A stretch of DNA of 64,000 bases, taken from Octopus sinensis. Its lineage: Eukaryota. Where the stretch lies: NCBI RefSeq assembly GCF_006345805.1, contig NC_042997.1, forward strand, positions 14,880,001 through 14,944,000. The letters are read 5' to 3'. Every line of letters begins with the position of its first letter. The stretch's first letter is position 1. A program made the translations under genes and the position numbers. This document shows positions 24,741 to 37,404 of this stretch, piece after piece. The notes below the pieces were generated by a model. The model was not told the origin of the DNA. It was given only the letters and a program-made list of their open reading frames with translations, and made no database searches.

Positions 24741-27700
24741 AATAATAATAATAATAATAATTGTGTACAGTGCTCAGGTGCACTACAACTCATCTAAAGT
24801 GTATATATAATCAGGTGTAGTTTTGGCGGATTTCGGAAAGCATGAGGGCCTTAAAAGATGCAGTTTCATGGCAGTCAACAACTGACGCAGGCAGTTTATT
24901 CCATGCTTCAGCAACTCTGAGCGTGAAAAAATGTTTCCGAAAGTCATGAGAGCTGTATTGTTTTCTGACTTTGTAGGCATGTCCACGTGTGTTAGACACA
25001 TGGAGATCAAAAAGGTGTTCAGTGTTGTTGTTGGTGAGGTGGTTGATAACTTTGTGGGTGTTTACCAAGTCCGTCGCCAGACGCCGGAGCTTCAGTGAAT
25101 CCATGCCCAGGGAAACAAGGCGCTCAGAATATGGTAGGTGTCTGATGGAGGGTATGCGTTTGGTTGCACGTCTCTGGACAGATTCCAGGAGGTCAATGTT
25201 TTGTGCAAGATAGGGGTTCCAACTGATGATGCAATTCCAAGTGTGGTCGTACCATAGCTGTATACAGTTTTAAATAGATGGCTGGAGAGCGGCTAACAAA
25301 AGACCTGCTGAGTGATGCCAAGACACCCTCGGCCTTCCTGACAATCTTAGAGATATGCTTTGTCCAACGCAAATCACTGCTGACAGTGATGCCTAGGTCA
25401 CGCTCGCAAGAGGATTTCTTGATATCAGTGTTGTGGAGGGAGTATGTGAACGCAGGGTTTTTTCTCCCAAAATGCATGGTGGTACACTTGTCCACAGCCA
25501 GTTTCAGTTGCCAGTCTGTGATCCATTGCTGCATTGTGTCTAGGTCTGATTGCAGGAAAGAGTTGTAGACATCAGGATCTGTCCTCTTGATTTCAAGGTA
25601 CAGCTTGATGTCGTCTGCATATTTCAATACTGTGGCATTCTTTAAATTGGCATCTATGTCGTTAATGTATGCCACAAACAAGAGGGGACCAAGGACAGAT
25701 CCCTGTGGTACACCCGATGACATCTCATATGGTGTAGAGTGCTGTCCTAGAACTGTGACAACCTCCTTTCGGCTGAGGATGAAGGATTTCAACCAGTTTA
25801 AAAGGTCATCCCCCACACCCATTGCAGAGAGTTTCACCATAAGCCTTTTGTGTGGCACAGAGTTGAAAGCCTTAGCAAAGTCAAGGTAGACAACATCCAC
25901 CCATGAGCCACTGTCAGTAATCTGAGTAATGTCCTCAAGGAACTCGACAAGCTGGTCACTGCAGCTGGAGTTAGGGACAAATCCATATTGTGAGGGTCGG
26001 ATGAGACTGTGAGAGCTCCAGAAGTTCCAGAGTGTTTCTCTGACACACGATTCCATCAGTTTTGCAATACAGCTAGTGAGACTGACTGGGCGATAGTTGA
26101 CAGGTGATGTGCGGTCGCCCTTTTTGAACAGAGGAATGACACTGGCAGTTTTCCACTGCTCGGAGTAGCACCATTGTTGAGACAGTACTGGAAGAAAATA
26201 GAAAGCTGGTGTAAAAGGAAGTGCCTGCCACGTTTGAGAAGCAGGTATGTAACTCCATCGAGACCAGGGGAGGCATAGTTGCGCTTATTTTGAAGGTGAC
26301 GTCGCAGCATTGCAGGTGTAAATTCCATAGTTGTTATGGAGTTTGCTGTTAGTGATGGTGAAGATGGTACATCTTGACTTTCAACAGTGAATATGTTTGC
26401 ATAGCACTCGGCAATGAGTTCTGCGCCATTCTTGGGGTCGTCAGTGATCTGGTTGTGTGAGGGTTGCGAAGAGGGCCCACTGGAGAGTGAGGTCTCTGCT
26501 TTGAGTGCACATATTTCAGAAAACCTTACTGTCAGGATTGGCTGCTATGCACTGTTCAAATTCAAGCACTGCTTTTTTTGTTACTTGCTTGAGATGGTTG
26601 GAGGATTTATTCCGCTTCTTCCTGTTGGTGTCTGATTTATGCACCTGTATTCCTGTTCAGCAGTCCGACGTTCCCTCCTGGCAAGTCGGACCGCTGAAGT
26701 TCCCAAATTGCCCTTTTGGGGCGGTTCTTCTATTTTTGTTTACGTGCACTGATGCTGCACATGCTGCCCATATTGAGTCCAGGATACTCTGGAGTATAGT
26801 ATTCACATCTCCAGAGTTGTAGAATTCACGCCAATTTGGGTGCTGTAGTTCAGTGTGGTACAGGTTCCAATCTGCTCTCTTCCAATCGAAGGAAGCAGAT
26901 GGAGATGGTTCAGGTTTTTGTGTGCCCGCAAGAGCCAGATTGGCGATGATCATAGCATGATCAGAGTCACCTAGAGGTTCCTCCGTAGTGCAATTGATAA
27001 CCGCTTCAGGAGTTGTGGTGAAGAGCAGGTCCAAGGTGTTGTCGCCTCTTGTTGGAGAGGTGACTACTTGTGACCAGTTTGAGTCCAGCACAAGCTCAAC
27101 AAAATCGTTTGCACTCTGTGGCCAATGGAAGGTCTCCCAATCGATCTCGATGATTGAAATCGCCTGCAATAAACACATAAGTGGCTGTTTTCCTGGCAGC
27201 AGCTCGGAGGACATTGCAAAGCTGTGTGTCCCGATGGTAACTTGGGGGACGATAAACAGCCAAGCAGGAGTGTTGACATGGTCATACGCACGTCACAGAA
27301 AAAAACTTCTTGTGATTCGTTCAAATCGGCACAAGGAATTACCAAAAAATTTGAACGAACGTAGACCATCACACCACCACCACGGCAGTTAGTGCGGTCC
27401 TTACGGAAGAGGTTGTACCCCGTAATGTTGAAAACCCTCACAGAGTAAGGAATGCGCCCATGTTTCCGTGACAGTGATGAAGTCAGGGTCAACACTTCTG
27501 ACGTAGGCGTTGAACAAATGTATTTTGTTGCATAAACTGCGAGCATTTAAGGACAACAATTTGTACCCTGCTCGCAGTTTATGATGGTGTGTAGAGGATG
27601 GCAGGTTGTTCTGGCTTAGTTTCCCTGAGTTGCTGTAGTCTTTTTAGTTATTGTGGGTAGAGAGCACTCAGACCAGCTGGTATGAGTGCTCTCATAGCAG

Positions 27701-27745
27701 AGGTCGAGGCTCCCACGGGAGGCGGGGTTGTGTGTGCCTTTTCGT
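24741..27745 (-). mobile_element. CR1-type LINE, near-complete ORF2 (APE + RT), frameshifted
   Basis: APE motifs LLSLNARSLCNK and GYNLFRKDRT...RGGGVMVYV. RT motifs YLDFAKAFNSVPHKRL, GVPQGSVLGPLLF, KYADD. (TTA)n 3' tail. ORF split in at least 5 pieces. Confidence 0.95.
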
Positions 27746-28329
27746 TTTATTTTTTACTAGTTATATAGCCATAGAATTTGCATCCGTCTAAACTTATCTA
27801 AATATGTGATAGGAAAAATACGGGAAAACAGCAAGCTTTATTCTACTGTCGAACGAACTACAATAATTCGTTAAAATTATGGATTTGTATAAATTTTAAA
27901 ATATATATATAATAGAGTAAAGGCATGTGTGTCAATATTTCCATGCTGATAAATAACATGTATTTTCTTCGCATGACACTAACAGGAAGCACTTCTTGTA
28001 TGTATTGTCGGCATCGTGATTTGTAGTTAAGTGTTAATTAGAGAATTTTGCTTGTTACAAGTAATCAGTTCTTATGTATCATGTTTCTTCAGATTCGTCT
28101 TCGATTACAATACCAATCACATCATGCAGGATGCATTATAGAAATTGATTCGGCATTAAACTGGTATTTATTTTACCGAGCCTGGAAGACTGAAAAGCGA
28201 AGTTAACCTTAGCGAGATTTCAATTCACGACAATTAGCTGTAGCTAAATAACGCAGGCATTTTGTCCGACGCTCTAATGATTCACCGCCTTCGTCTGTAT
28301 TTGCATAGATATTTCACCCATACTTGCAT

Positions 28330-28900
28330 CTTTTTAATACTTACTCAGTTTGGAGGGCGGGATAGTGCCCATGGCCTTTGCAGGCCCTCCTAGACTAATG
28401 AAATTGATGCCATTGATGTTTCTCTTGAACTTTTTTAAGTCAACACTTACTGGAAAGACGAGATGAAAGATTCTAGAGAGCTAAGATCCTGGGGTGAAGG
28501 ACTGGATTAGTGATCAGTGCAGAGCCTAACGGTATTGAATGAAAGGGGGAGAGAGTAATGGAGTGGAAATTTTTGAGTGGGTGACATGAGCCCAGCCATC
28601 TCTAATGAACAGAGGCAATTGTAGTGGGGGTAGAAAAGACAGCAAGCATGTGAACCAGAGACTGAATGTGACTTTATGCCAGTTCGTTGGGTGACCTTTT
28701 TCTAAATGCAGTCTAGGATATCTGTATCATTCTAGATATGAGAGCAATAGTGCATTGTGAGCCTCACCAGATCTTCGTTGAATGTCAGTAACTTGTAGGG
28801 TGGATTGAAGTAATCTCTAGCTTTGAAAAATAGTATCAGTCATAGGGATGAAGTTCTAACTATGTTCAGGATGTGCAGTTGTGTTTTTGCCAAGAGTAGT
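28330..28900 (-). mobile_element. Highly decayed LINE 3' region (CR1-Zenon/Jockey-like)
   Basis: Stop-ridden reverse frames ending in a DLKKFKRNINGINF-like C-terminus. Clade assignment is tentative. Confidence 0.45.
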
Positions 28901-29079
28901 CCTCAGTGATAGCAAGAACATCATCATCATCATTTAGCGTCCGCTTTCCATGCTAGCATGGGTTGGACGCTTCAACTGGGGTCTGTGAAGCCAGAAGGCT
29001 GCATCAGGCCCAGTCTGATCTGGCAGTGTTTCTACGGCTGGATGCCCTTCCTAACGCCAACCACTCCGTGAGTGTAGTG

Positions 29080-29400
29080 GGTGCTTTTTACGTGCCACCC
29101 GCACAGGTGCCAGACGGAGCTGGCAAACGGCCACGGATGGATGGTGCTTTTTACGTGCCACTGGCACGGGGGCCAGGCGAGGCTGGCAACGGCCATGAAC
29201 GGATGGTGCTATGTGCCACTGGCACGGGGGCCAGACAAGGCTGGCAACGGCCACGAACGGATGGTGCTACGTGCCACTGGCACGGGGGCTAGGCGAGGCT
29301 GGAAACGGACACGAACGGATGATACTTTTACGTGCCAGCGGCACGGAGGCCAGTCGGGCCGGCGCTGGCAACGGCCACGATCAGATGGTTCGCTTACTTG
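29080..29400 (-). repeat. ~55-63 bp minisatellite (5-6 units) inside the RTE-type 3' UTR
   Basis: Repeated ggtgctttttacgtgccactggcacgggggccaggcgaggctggcaacggccacgaacggat. Confidence 0.85.
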
Positions 29401-29825
29401 TCACCGGTACTGGTACCACAGCTGCAATTTCCGTTGATGTTGATCGACTTCGATTTTGGTTCTGCTTTCTGATATCGGATTTGATTTGGTTTGATTTTGA
29501 TTTTGACATTTTTAAAAATAGAAATGTGCTGAAATAGTTTTCACAAACAAATATCTTTCCACTATAAAAAGGCTCATATAAAAATCTGCTAATATAATTT
29601 ACAGTGTGTTAAGGCGTCAAGCTAGCAGAATCATTAGCATACTGGACAAAATGCTTAGTAGCATTTCTTCCAGTCTTACATTTTGCATTCAAATTCCAAA
29701 ACGGTCAGCTTTTCTTTCCATCCTTTCAAGGTTGATAAAGTAAGTATCAATTGAGCACTGGAATCAATGTAACTGACTTATCTTTTCTGATAAACTTGCT
29801 AGCTTTGTGCTAAAATTTGAAGACA

Positions 29826-30625
29826 TGGGATGAGGCGGTCAAGCACAACCTTTGTACATTGGGCCTCACAGAAGCTATGACGAAAGACCGAGATCTCTCG
29901 AGATATGCTGTGATTGCAAAGACCCGACAAATGAAGTGAGGTCATGGCTTGCAGGACAGCCTGCTGCGTTAACCTTGGATCTGCTGTGCTTGAGGAGACC
30001 TATTGAGTCAAGTACATCAATATCAAAATAAAAATCAAATAGATATTGTAATTGTGATACCCGTGCTGGTGGCACGTTGGGCCTCACAGTGGAAATGACG
30101 AAAGACTGACACCTCTGAGATATGCTGTGACTGCGAAGACACGACAAATGAAGTGAGTTCATGGCTTGCAGGATGGCCTGCTGTGCTAACCTTGGATCAT
30201 AGAGTGACCCGTTGTGCTTGAGGAGACCTATTGAGTCAAGTACGTCAACACCAACATTAAAATAAAAATCAAATGGAAATTGTAGTTATGATACCTGTGC
30301 CGGTGGCACATAAAAAGCAACATCCGAATGTGGATGATGCCAGCGCCGCCTGACTGACGTCCGTGTCGGTGACACATAAAAAGCACCAACCGATCGTGGC
30401 CGTTTGCCAGCCTCCTCTGGCCCTTGTGCCAGTGGCATGTAAAAAGCACCCACTACACTCACAGAGTGGTTGGCATTACGTAGGGCATCCAGCCGTAGAA
30501 ACACAGCCAGATCAGACTGGAGCCTGGTGCAGCCTCCTAACTTCCCAGACCCCAGTCGAACCATCCAACCCATGCTAGTATGGAAAACGGACGTTAAACG
30601 ATGATGGTGGTGATGATGATGATGA
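29826..30625 (+). mobile_element. RTE-like LINE ORF end plus long 3' UTR with internal duplication and (GAT)n tail
   Basis: WDEAVKHNL...LGLTEAMTKDRDL, then a UTR with gtgccggtggcac units and ggttggcgttaggaagggcatcc, ending cgttaaac(gat)n. UTR-only copies near 1741(-), 28920(-), 46670(-), 49575(+), 53800(+), 56215(-), 58150(+), 58735(+), 59226(-). Confidence 0.75.
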
Positions 30626-31613
30626 TAATTATAATTTTGCAGTGTCTTTATTTCACTGTTTCTTCATCATTGTCTGAATTTTATGGAAATACTGATTGTT
30701 TAGTTAGCTGAGCTATGGTACTTGCATTATGTATTTCAAGGAAACACTAACAGGTAATTTAGTTAGCTGAATATTGAGTAGAAATATTAATTAAAGTTCA
30801 ATTCCTCCATAGCATCATCGTCATTTTGATGTCTGCTTTTCCATGTTTGCATGGGTCAAAAAGAATTTGTTGCAGCAGATTTTACACAGTTGTATGGCCT
30901 TCCTCAAACCCTCTCTTGTTTTCAAGCAAGGTAGTATTTCACCATGACCAGACATGTTTTCACAGAAGAGAAGTGATAGACACAGCTTGTATGATAGTGA
31001 CACTCATTTACAATAATGTCTTGTCAAGAAGACAAGGAGTCACAAACACATACAAAGGTATCCAAATCATAATCATTCTATCCTTTTACATGAATGTAGA
31101 AAAATGATTTGAGGGATATTTGGCTGCTATTTCTCTCAGGCCTAATGACTACATGCTTTCTTTCCAATATAGTCTATCTTAGATTATAGAATCTTTTGAG
31201 TGGCTATGTTTTAAGTAGCTTGTTTACCAACCACATGGTTCCGGGTTCAGTCCCACTGCGTGACACCTTGCACAAGTGTCTTCTACTATAGCCTCGGGTT
31301 TACCAAGGTTGACCAAAGCCTTGTGAGTGGATTTGGTAGACAGAAACTGAAAGAAGCCCCTCGTATATATGTGTGTGTGTGTGTATATGTTTGTATGTCT
31401 GTGTTTGTCCCCCCAACATTGCTTGACAACTGATGCTGGTGCGTTTACGTCCCTGTAACTTAGCGGTTCAGCAAAAGAGACTGATAGAATAAGTACTAGG
31501 CTTACAAAGAATAAGTCTTGGGGTTGATTTGCTCGACTAAAGGCGGTGCTCCAGCATGGCCACAGTCAAATGACTGAAACAAGTAAAAGAGTAAAAGAGA
31601 ACATCCTTTGTTT

Positions 31614-31614
<1 letters not shown>

Positions 31615-31648
<34 letters not shown>

Positions 31649-31900
31649 CATTGTGTACAGTGCTCAGGTGCACTACAACTCATCTAAAGTGCATATATAA
31701 TCAGGTGTAGTTTCGACGGATTTCGGAAAGCATGAGGGCCTTAAAGGATGCAGTGTCATGGCAGTCAACAACTGACGCAGGCAGTTTATTCCATGCTTCA
31801 GCAACTCTGAGCGTGAAGAAATGTTTCCGAAAGTCATGGGAGCTGTGTTGTTTTCTGACTTTGTAGGCATGTCCACGTGTGTTAGACACATGGAGATCAA
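31615..31900 (-). mobile_element. 3'-end fragment of the same CR1-type LINE
   Basis: Matches 24741-25010, with a (TTA)n tail. Confidence 0.9.
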
Positions 31901-32213
31901 TAGGGTTTGAAGTAGGGAGTGTCTCCTGTTTATAGTTGATGAAGTAAATGCATAGACACTCCTACTATGATTAATAAAATAAGTGACAAACATTTTGTGA
32001 AGTTAATTCGAATAATTAGACTCAACTTTTAGAGCAATAGGCAAAATGACTTGCACAATTTGTTTCTGCTCTTTATATTTTAAGTTCAAATCTTGCTTTA
32101 TATTCCTTTGAAGTCAGTAACATAAAGTACCAGTCAAGCACTAAGATCTATATAATTGACTAATCTCCTCCTCCAAAATATTTCTGGCCTTATGCTTAAT
32201 TTAGAAACAGTTA

Positions 32214-32440
32214 TTAACCCTTTAGTATTTAAACCGGCCATATCCGGCCAAAATAGTTAATCTGTTTTATGTTCAAACTGACCAGATCCAGGCTCTCACA
32301 CCTACCCTACAATGTTATTCCACATTAAGTAATTACACCATCAAGATCTTGAAGATATGAGATAATGCATGATTAATTCAAATCAATGGGAATCAAGAGG
32401 CATTATGTTTGATGGAATAATCTGAACACTAAAGGGTTAA
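32214..32440 (+). mobile_element. piggyBac-type MITE family 1 (representative copy)
   Basis: TTAA-CCCTTTAG...CTAAAGGG-TTAA. Other copies at 43248-43473, 45372-45938 (interrupted), 53528-53756 and about 60862-61486 (reverse, interrupted). Confidence 0.85.
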
Positions 32441-33038
32441 GGACATGAGTTTGGCTGAATCATTAGAGCATCAGGAAAAATACCTATTGATATTCCTTCC
32501 ATCTCTTTATGTTCTGAGTTCAAATCCAACCAAAGTTAAAATTGCCTTTCATCTTTTTGAGGTCCATAAAATAAAGTACCAGCAAGTAGTGGGGTTGATG
32601 TAATCAACTAGAGCCCCTCCCATCAAAATCACTGACTTTGTGCCTAAATTAGTAAACACAAGGCAGCAAGCTAATAGAAGGTGGCGAGCTGGCAGAAACG
32701 TTAGCACGCCAGGTGAAATGCTTAGCAGTATTTCGTCCTGAGTTCAAATTCCGCCGAGGTTGACTTTGCCTTTCATCCTTTTGGGGGTCAATAAATTAAG
32801 TACCAGTTACGCACTGGGGTTGATGTAACCGACTTAATCCCTTTGTCTGTCCTTGTTTGTCCCCTCTATGTTTAGCCCCCTGTAGGCAATAAAGAAATAA
32901 GAACTGTTAGAACATTGGAAAAAATCTCTTGCAGTATATTTTCTGTCCTTTAAGTACTAAATTCAAATCCTGCCAAGGTCAACTTTGTCTTTCATTCTTT
33001 TGTGAATGAGGAAATACTAGTTAAGTACTAAGGCTAAT

Positions 33039-33602
33039 GTGGAGGTATGTGGCTTAGTGGTTAGGGTGTCACTATCATGATTGTAAGACTGTGGTTTCAA
33101 TTCCTGGACCGGGCGACGCGTTGTGTCATTGAGCAAAACACTTCATTTCATGTTGCTCCAGTCCACTCAGCTGGTAAAAATGAGTAACGCTGCGATGGGC
33201 TGGCGTCCTATCCAACTGGGGAAGACATACTTCATAGAAGCCAGAAACTGGGCCCATGAGCCTCGCTAGGCTTTAAAAAGGACGCATTTATTTGCAGAGG
33301 CGCAATGGGTCAGTGGTTAGGGCAGCGGACTCACGGTTGGAGGATCGCGGTTTCAATTCCCAGACCAGGCGTTGTGTGTGTTTATTGAGCGAAAACACCT
33401 AAAAGCTCCACGAGGCTCCAGCAGCGGGTGGTGGCGGCTCCTGTTGTACTCTTTTGCCACAACTTTCTCTCACTCTCTCTTCCAGTTTCTTGAGTAACGC
33501 TGCGAAGGACTGGCGTCCCATCCAGCTGGGGGAAAACATACACCACAGAAACCAGGAAACCGAGCCCATGAACCTGGCTAGGCTTGAAAAGGGCAACGTT
33601 TT
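33039..33602 (+). mobile_element. Tandem SINE dimer: head B + tail 2 followed by head A + tail 2
   Basis: Two complete monomers (about 33039-33293 and 33294-33602) inside one TSD, tactaaggctaat / tactaagactaat (33026-33038, 33603-33615). Confidence 0.85.
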
Positions 33603-33959
33603 TACTAAGACTAATATAATTGACTAACTTCCTCCCATCAATATTGTTGGCCTACCTAAATTAGAAACCTTTATTATTATTATTATTATTTTTTTTTTTT
33701 ACATAAGGCAGCAAGCGGAAAGAATCGTTAGCACATTGAGCGAAATGCTAAGCAGTGTTTCGTCTGCTGCTATGTTCTAAGTTCAAATTCCACTGTGGTC
33801 ACCTTTACCTTTCATCCTTTCAGGAACAATAAATTAATTACCAGTGAAACACTGGGATTCAATGAAATTGACTAATCGCCCTCTCCAAATTTCAGGCCTT
33901 GCACCTATAGTAGAAAGGATTATTATTATTATTATTATTATTATAATTATTATTTTTTT

Positions 33960-34262
33960 TTTTTTTTTAAACTCAGGTTTTGTTTAAACTCTTGGGGTCT
34001 TGCATGTGTTGCAGGCTTGATACCTGCATCCTACGGTACCATGCTATCTGTTCTTTTCACCTACGTCCTTTCCTAATTATTCTTAGTGTGCCAAGCCTTT
34101 TGTAGCAGCTCTACAGACACTCTATTCTGATTTCCTTTATATTCCTCATGATACCTTCTGATACTGTCCCCAAGGACCCAACTATAATTGGCACTATCTT
34201 CACCTTCTTCATTTTCCATAGCCAGGCTATTTTGCACTTGAGAGGACTGTATGTGTCTATTT
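33960..34262 (-). mobile_element. R4/Dong-like REL-endonuclease 3' fragment
   Basis: KKEGEKIDTY...LWKMKKVKIVPIIVGSLGTVS. The 3' end abuts an A/(TAA)n tract. Confidence 0.7.
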
Positions 34263-34344
34263 TTTCACCTTCCTTTTTGACTGTTCTTTAGGTCATATTT
34301 AGTATTTTTATTTTCATCCTCATCATTATTATTATCATTATTGT

Positions 34345-34680
34345 TTTTAACACTACACCTACACTGGGAGCTGTAACAAAGTGTCAGCTGTTCACAGCCA
34401 GTGAGCTAATTTAACACTTTTCATTCAGATTCTCGGGGATTTGTGGTATTCCAAGCAATGCTATTTTCTTGCTATGCTAAATTTACATTTATTCATTTCT
34501 TTTCAATCTGTTTTGTGAGCTTCGAATTTATAGTTCTGAGAGCTTCAATAGCAAACGTTTTGATGCTCACCTTCTTCAATGACCAGTCTTTTTATCTCCT
34601 ACTTCAACTCATCATAACTGGCCTGTTTGTCTTCTTCTCTTTCCAATACTTTGTCATCATCAGGGCGTGCAATATTTATG
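34345..34680 (-). mobile_element. Second R4/Dong-like REL 3' fragment
   Basis: INIARPDDDKVLEREEDKQASYDELK*EIKRL. The 3' end runs into a degenerate (TAA)n. Confidence 0.6.
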
Positions 34681-35966
34681 ATTAAAGAGTTTTTTTCACA
34701 TTTAAACAGGTTTTTCCTTCTTTATTCACATTTAAACAGGTTTTTCCCCTCCTCTTTATTCACAATTTTTATTCACTAGTGTTGTTAGGGTTAAGGTTAG
34801 CTTGCCACCCTGACAACAACAATAGCTGTTGTTGTCAGGGTGGCAAGCTGGCAAAATCGTTAGCACACCAGGAAAAGTGCTTAGTGGCATTTCGTCCATC
34901 TTTATGTTCTGAGTTCAAATTCCATCAAGGTTAACTTTGCCTTTCATCCTTTTGGGGTCAATAAAATAAGTAGCAGTTGAGTACTAGGGTTAATATAATC
35001 AACTTGCCCCTTCCCCTAAAATTGCTGGCCTTGTACCAAAATTTGAAGCCGTTGTTGTTATTGTTGATGTTATTCTTGTTCTTGCTGTAGGTGAATTTAA
35101 TGACAGTAAGTTCATTTAATGAATATATTATTTGTCTAAAAATGTGTTTGTGCTGGCTAATCAAAAATTATTGATTTGCAAATTTATCAACATGTACGAT
35201 ATAACATACATTCAATTTACAACAACACAATTTTAGTAAAGTTACAAAATACTGCAAAGGAATCAAGCATGGAACAAACTGCCAGCATCAGTTGTTAGTT
35301 GTTGGAGCACTGCATCCTTCAAAACTTCCATGCTCTCTGAGATTCGCCAACACTAAGAATACACACGCAAGCATGTATCTGACTCATACGCTGTTCACTT
35401 CCCAGACGTCTGTACATTACTGCATATGCTTTGTATGCACTTTTGACAAGCTGTGATGCACCGGAGCACTGTATACAATAATTTCATTATTATTATTATA
35501 ATAATCAATGCAGATAATGTGTTAACCAAGTGTGGTAGATGGGTAAAATTGCTGATATTGTCATGTGGTATCATTATCATTTAATGTCTGCTTTCCATAC
35601 TGGTATATGTAGGATAGTTTGACAGGAGCTAGCTGGCCAGAGTACTATGTCAAACTCCAATGTCTGTTTAACGTGTTTTTTTTTACAGTTGGATGCCCTT
35701 CCAAATGCTAACTACATTACAGAGCATACTGGGTGCTTTTTACATGGCACTGGTAACATTAAGGTCACTAATTAACTTGCAACACAAGACCTTTCAATTG
35801 AGTGAGATCCAGTATTAAGAGAAATGGCTTCATGTCAAGTGATGAGAGGTTAGTGTATGATAGAGGGACAGGAACAGATGTTTTGTTGTAAATGAAGATA
35901 CATGTCTACCCCTGTTTGAAAAGAGAGAAGATAGGTTTATGTTTGAAGTAAATATATTTTATACAT

Positions 35967-37030
35967 AATAATAATAATAATAATAATAATAATTGTGTAC
36001 AGTGCTCAGGTGCACTACAACTCATCTAAAGTGTATATATAATCAGGTGTAGTTTCGGCGGATTTCGGAAAGCATGAGGGCCTTAAAAGATGCAGTGTCA
36101 TGGCAGTCAACAACTGACGCAGGCAGTTTATTCCATGCTTCAGCAACTCTGAGCGTGAAAAAATGTTTCCGAAAGTCATGGGAGCTGTATTGTTTTCTGA
36201 CTTTGTAGGCATGTCCACGTGTGTTAGACACATGGAGATCAAAAAGGTGTTCAGTGTTGTTGTTGGTGAGGTGGTTGATAACTTTGTGGGTGTTTACCAA
36301 GTCCGTCGCCAAACGCCGGAGCTTCAGTGAATCCATGCCCAGGGAAACAAGGCGCTCAGAATATGGTAGGTGTCTGATGGAGGGTATGCGTTTGGTTGCA
36401 CGTCTCTGGACAGATTCCAGGAGGTCAATGTTCTGTGCAAGATAGGGGTTCCAAACTGATGATGCGAATTCCAAGTGTGGTCGTACCATAGCTGTATACA
36501 GTTTTAAATAGATGGCTGGAGAGCGGCTAACAAAAGACCTGCTGAGTGATGCCAAGACACCCTCGGCCTTCCTGACAATCTTAGAGATATGCTTTGACCA
36601 ACGCAAATCACTGCTGACAGTGATGCCTAGGTCACGCTCGCAAGAGGATTTCTTGATATCAGTGTTGTGGAGGGAGTAAGTGAACGCAGGGTTTTTTCTC
36701 CCAAAATGCATGGTGGTACACTTGTCCACAGCCAGTTTCAGTTGCCAGTCTGTGATCCATTGCTGCATTGTGTCTAGGTCTGATTGCAGGAAAGAGTTGT
36801 AGACATCAGGATCTGTCCTCTTGATTTCAAGGTACAGCTTGATGTCGTCTGCATATTTCAATACTGTGGCATTCTTTAAATTGGCATCTATGTCGTTAAT
36901 GTATGCCACAAACAAGAGGGGACCAAGGACAGATCCCTGTGGTACACCCGATGACATCTCATATGGTGTAGAGTGCTGTCCTAGAACTGTGACTACCTCC
37001 TTTCGGCTGAGGATGAAGGATTTCAACCAG
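35967..37030 (-). mobile_element. 5'-truncated copy of the same CR1-type LINE
   Basis: Near-identical to 24741-25795. Open 327-aa RT C-terminal frame at 36043-37026. (TTA)n tail. Confidence 0.95.
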
Positions 37031-37234
37031 TAAGCATGTGAACTTTTAATTCAAGTGACAATATCACAAACGATCTGATTAACTATTAATTAACCTCATT
37101 AACAATTTCTTTTTAAATAAACGTGGTTTTGTAATTACTAAAATGTAAAACAAAATCAATATCTTTAAACAAAATTGTATTTCTTTTTTGTAATTACAAC
37201 AGAATTAATATCAAATAACTCTTTTCTATTACAG

Positions 37235-37297
37235 AATATAATGTAAAGAGCTTAACTAACTGGGGATTCAATTCCTATTATGAACTTTATACCCAAG
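37235..37297 (+). CDS. FBXO31: FBXO31-like exon 2
   Basis: Acceptor cttttctattacag, donor G|gtaatt, phase 1 to phase 1. Peptide (E)YNVKSLTNWGFNSYYELYTQ. Confidence 0.85.
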
Positions 37298-37404
37298 GTA
37301 ATTAATCTTGTTAATTCAAAATAATTTTAGCATTTTTCTGTGGTCAAATTGGTAGGTCTGATCTTCAAGATAACATATACTTTTCATGTTGGCCTTATAT
37401 CACA

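Noticed and set aside
27750-28100. Candidate FBXO31 promoter at the CpG boundary
   Set aside because: The F-box exon lies 11 kb upstream and no coding exon was found here. An internal promoter cannot be excluded but is unsupported.
29080-29400. Repeat-spacer-like array resembling CRISPR
   Set aside because: The apparent spacers are homologous to each other, the array lies in a dispersed retroelement 3' UTR, there are no cas genes, and the context is eukaryotic.
35091-35105. 15-nt micro-exon candidate (ctgtag GTGAATTTAATGACA gtaagt) in intron 1
   Set aside because: It has no support beyond the splice dinucleotides, and the alignment to FBXO31 does not need it.
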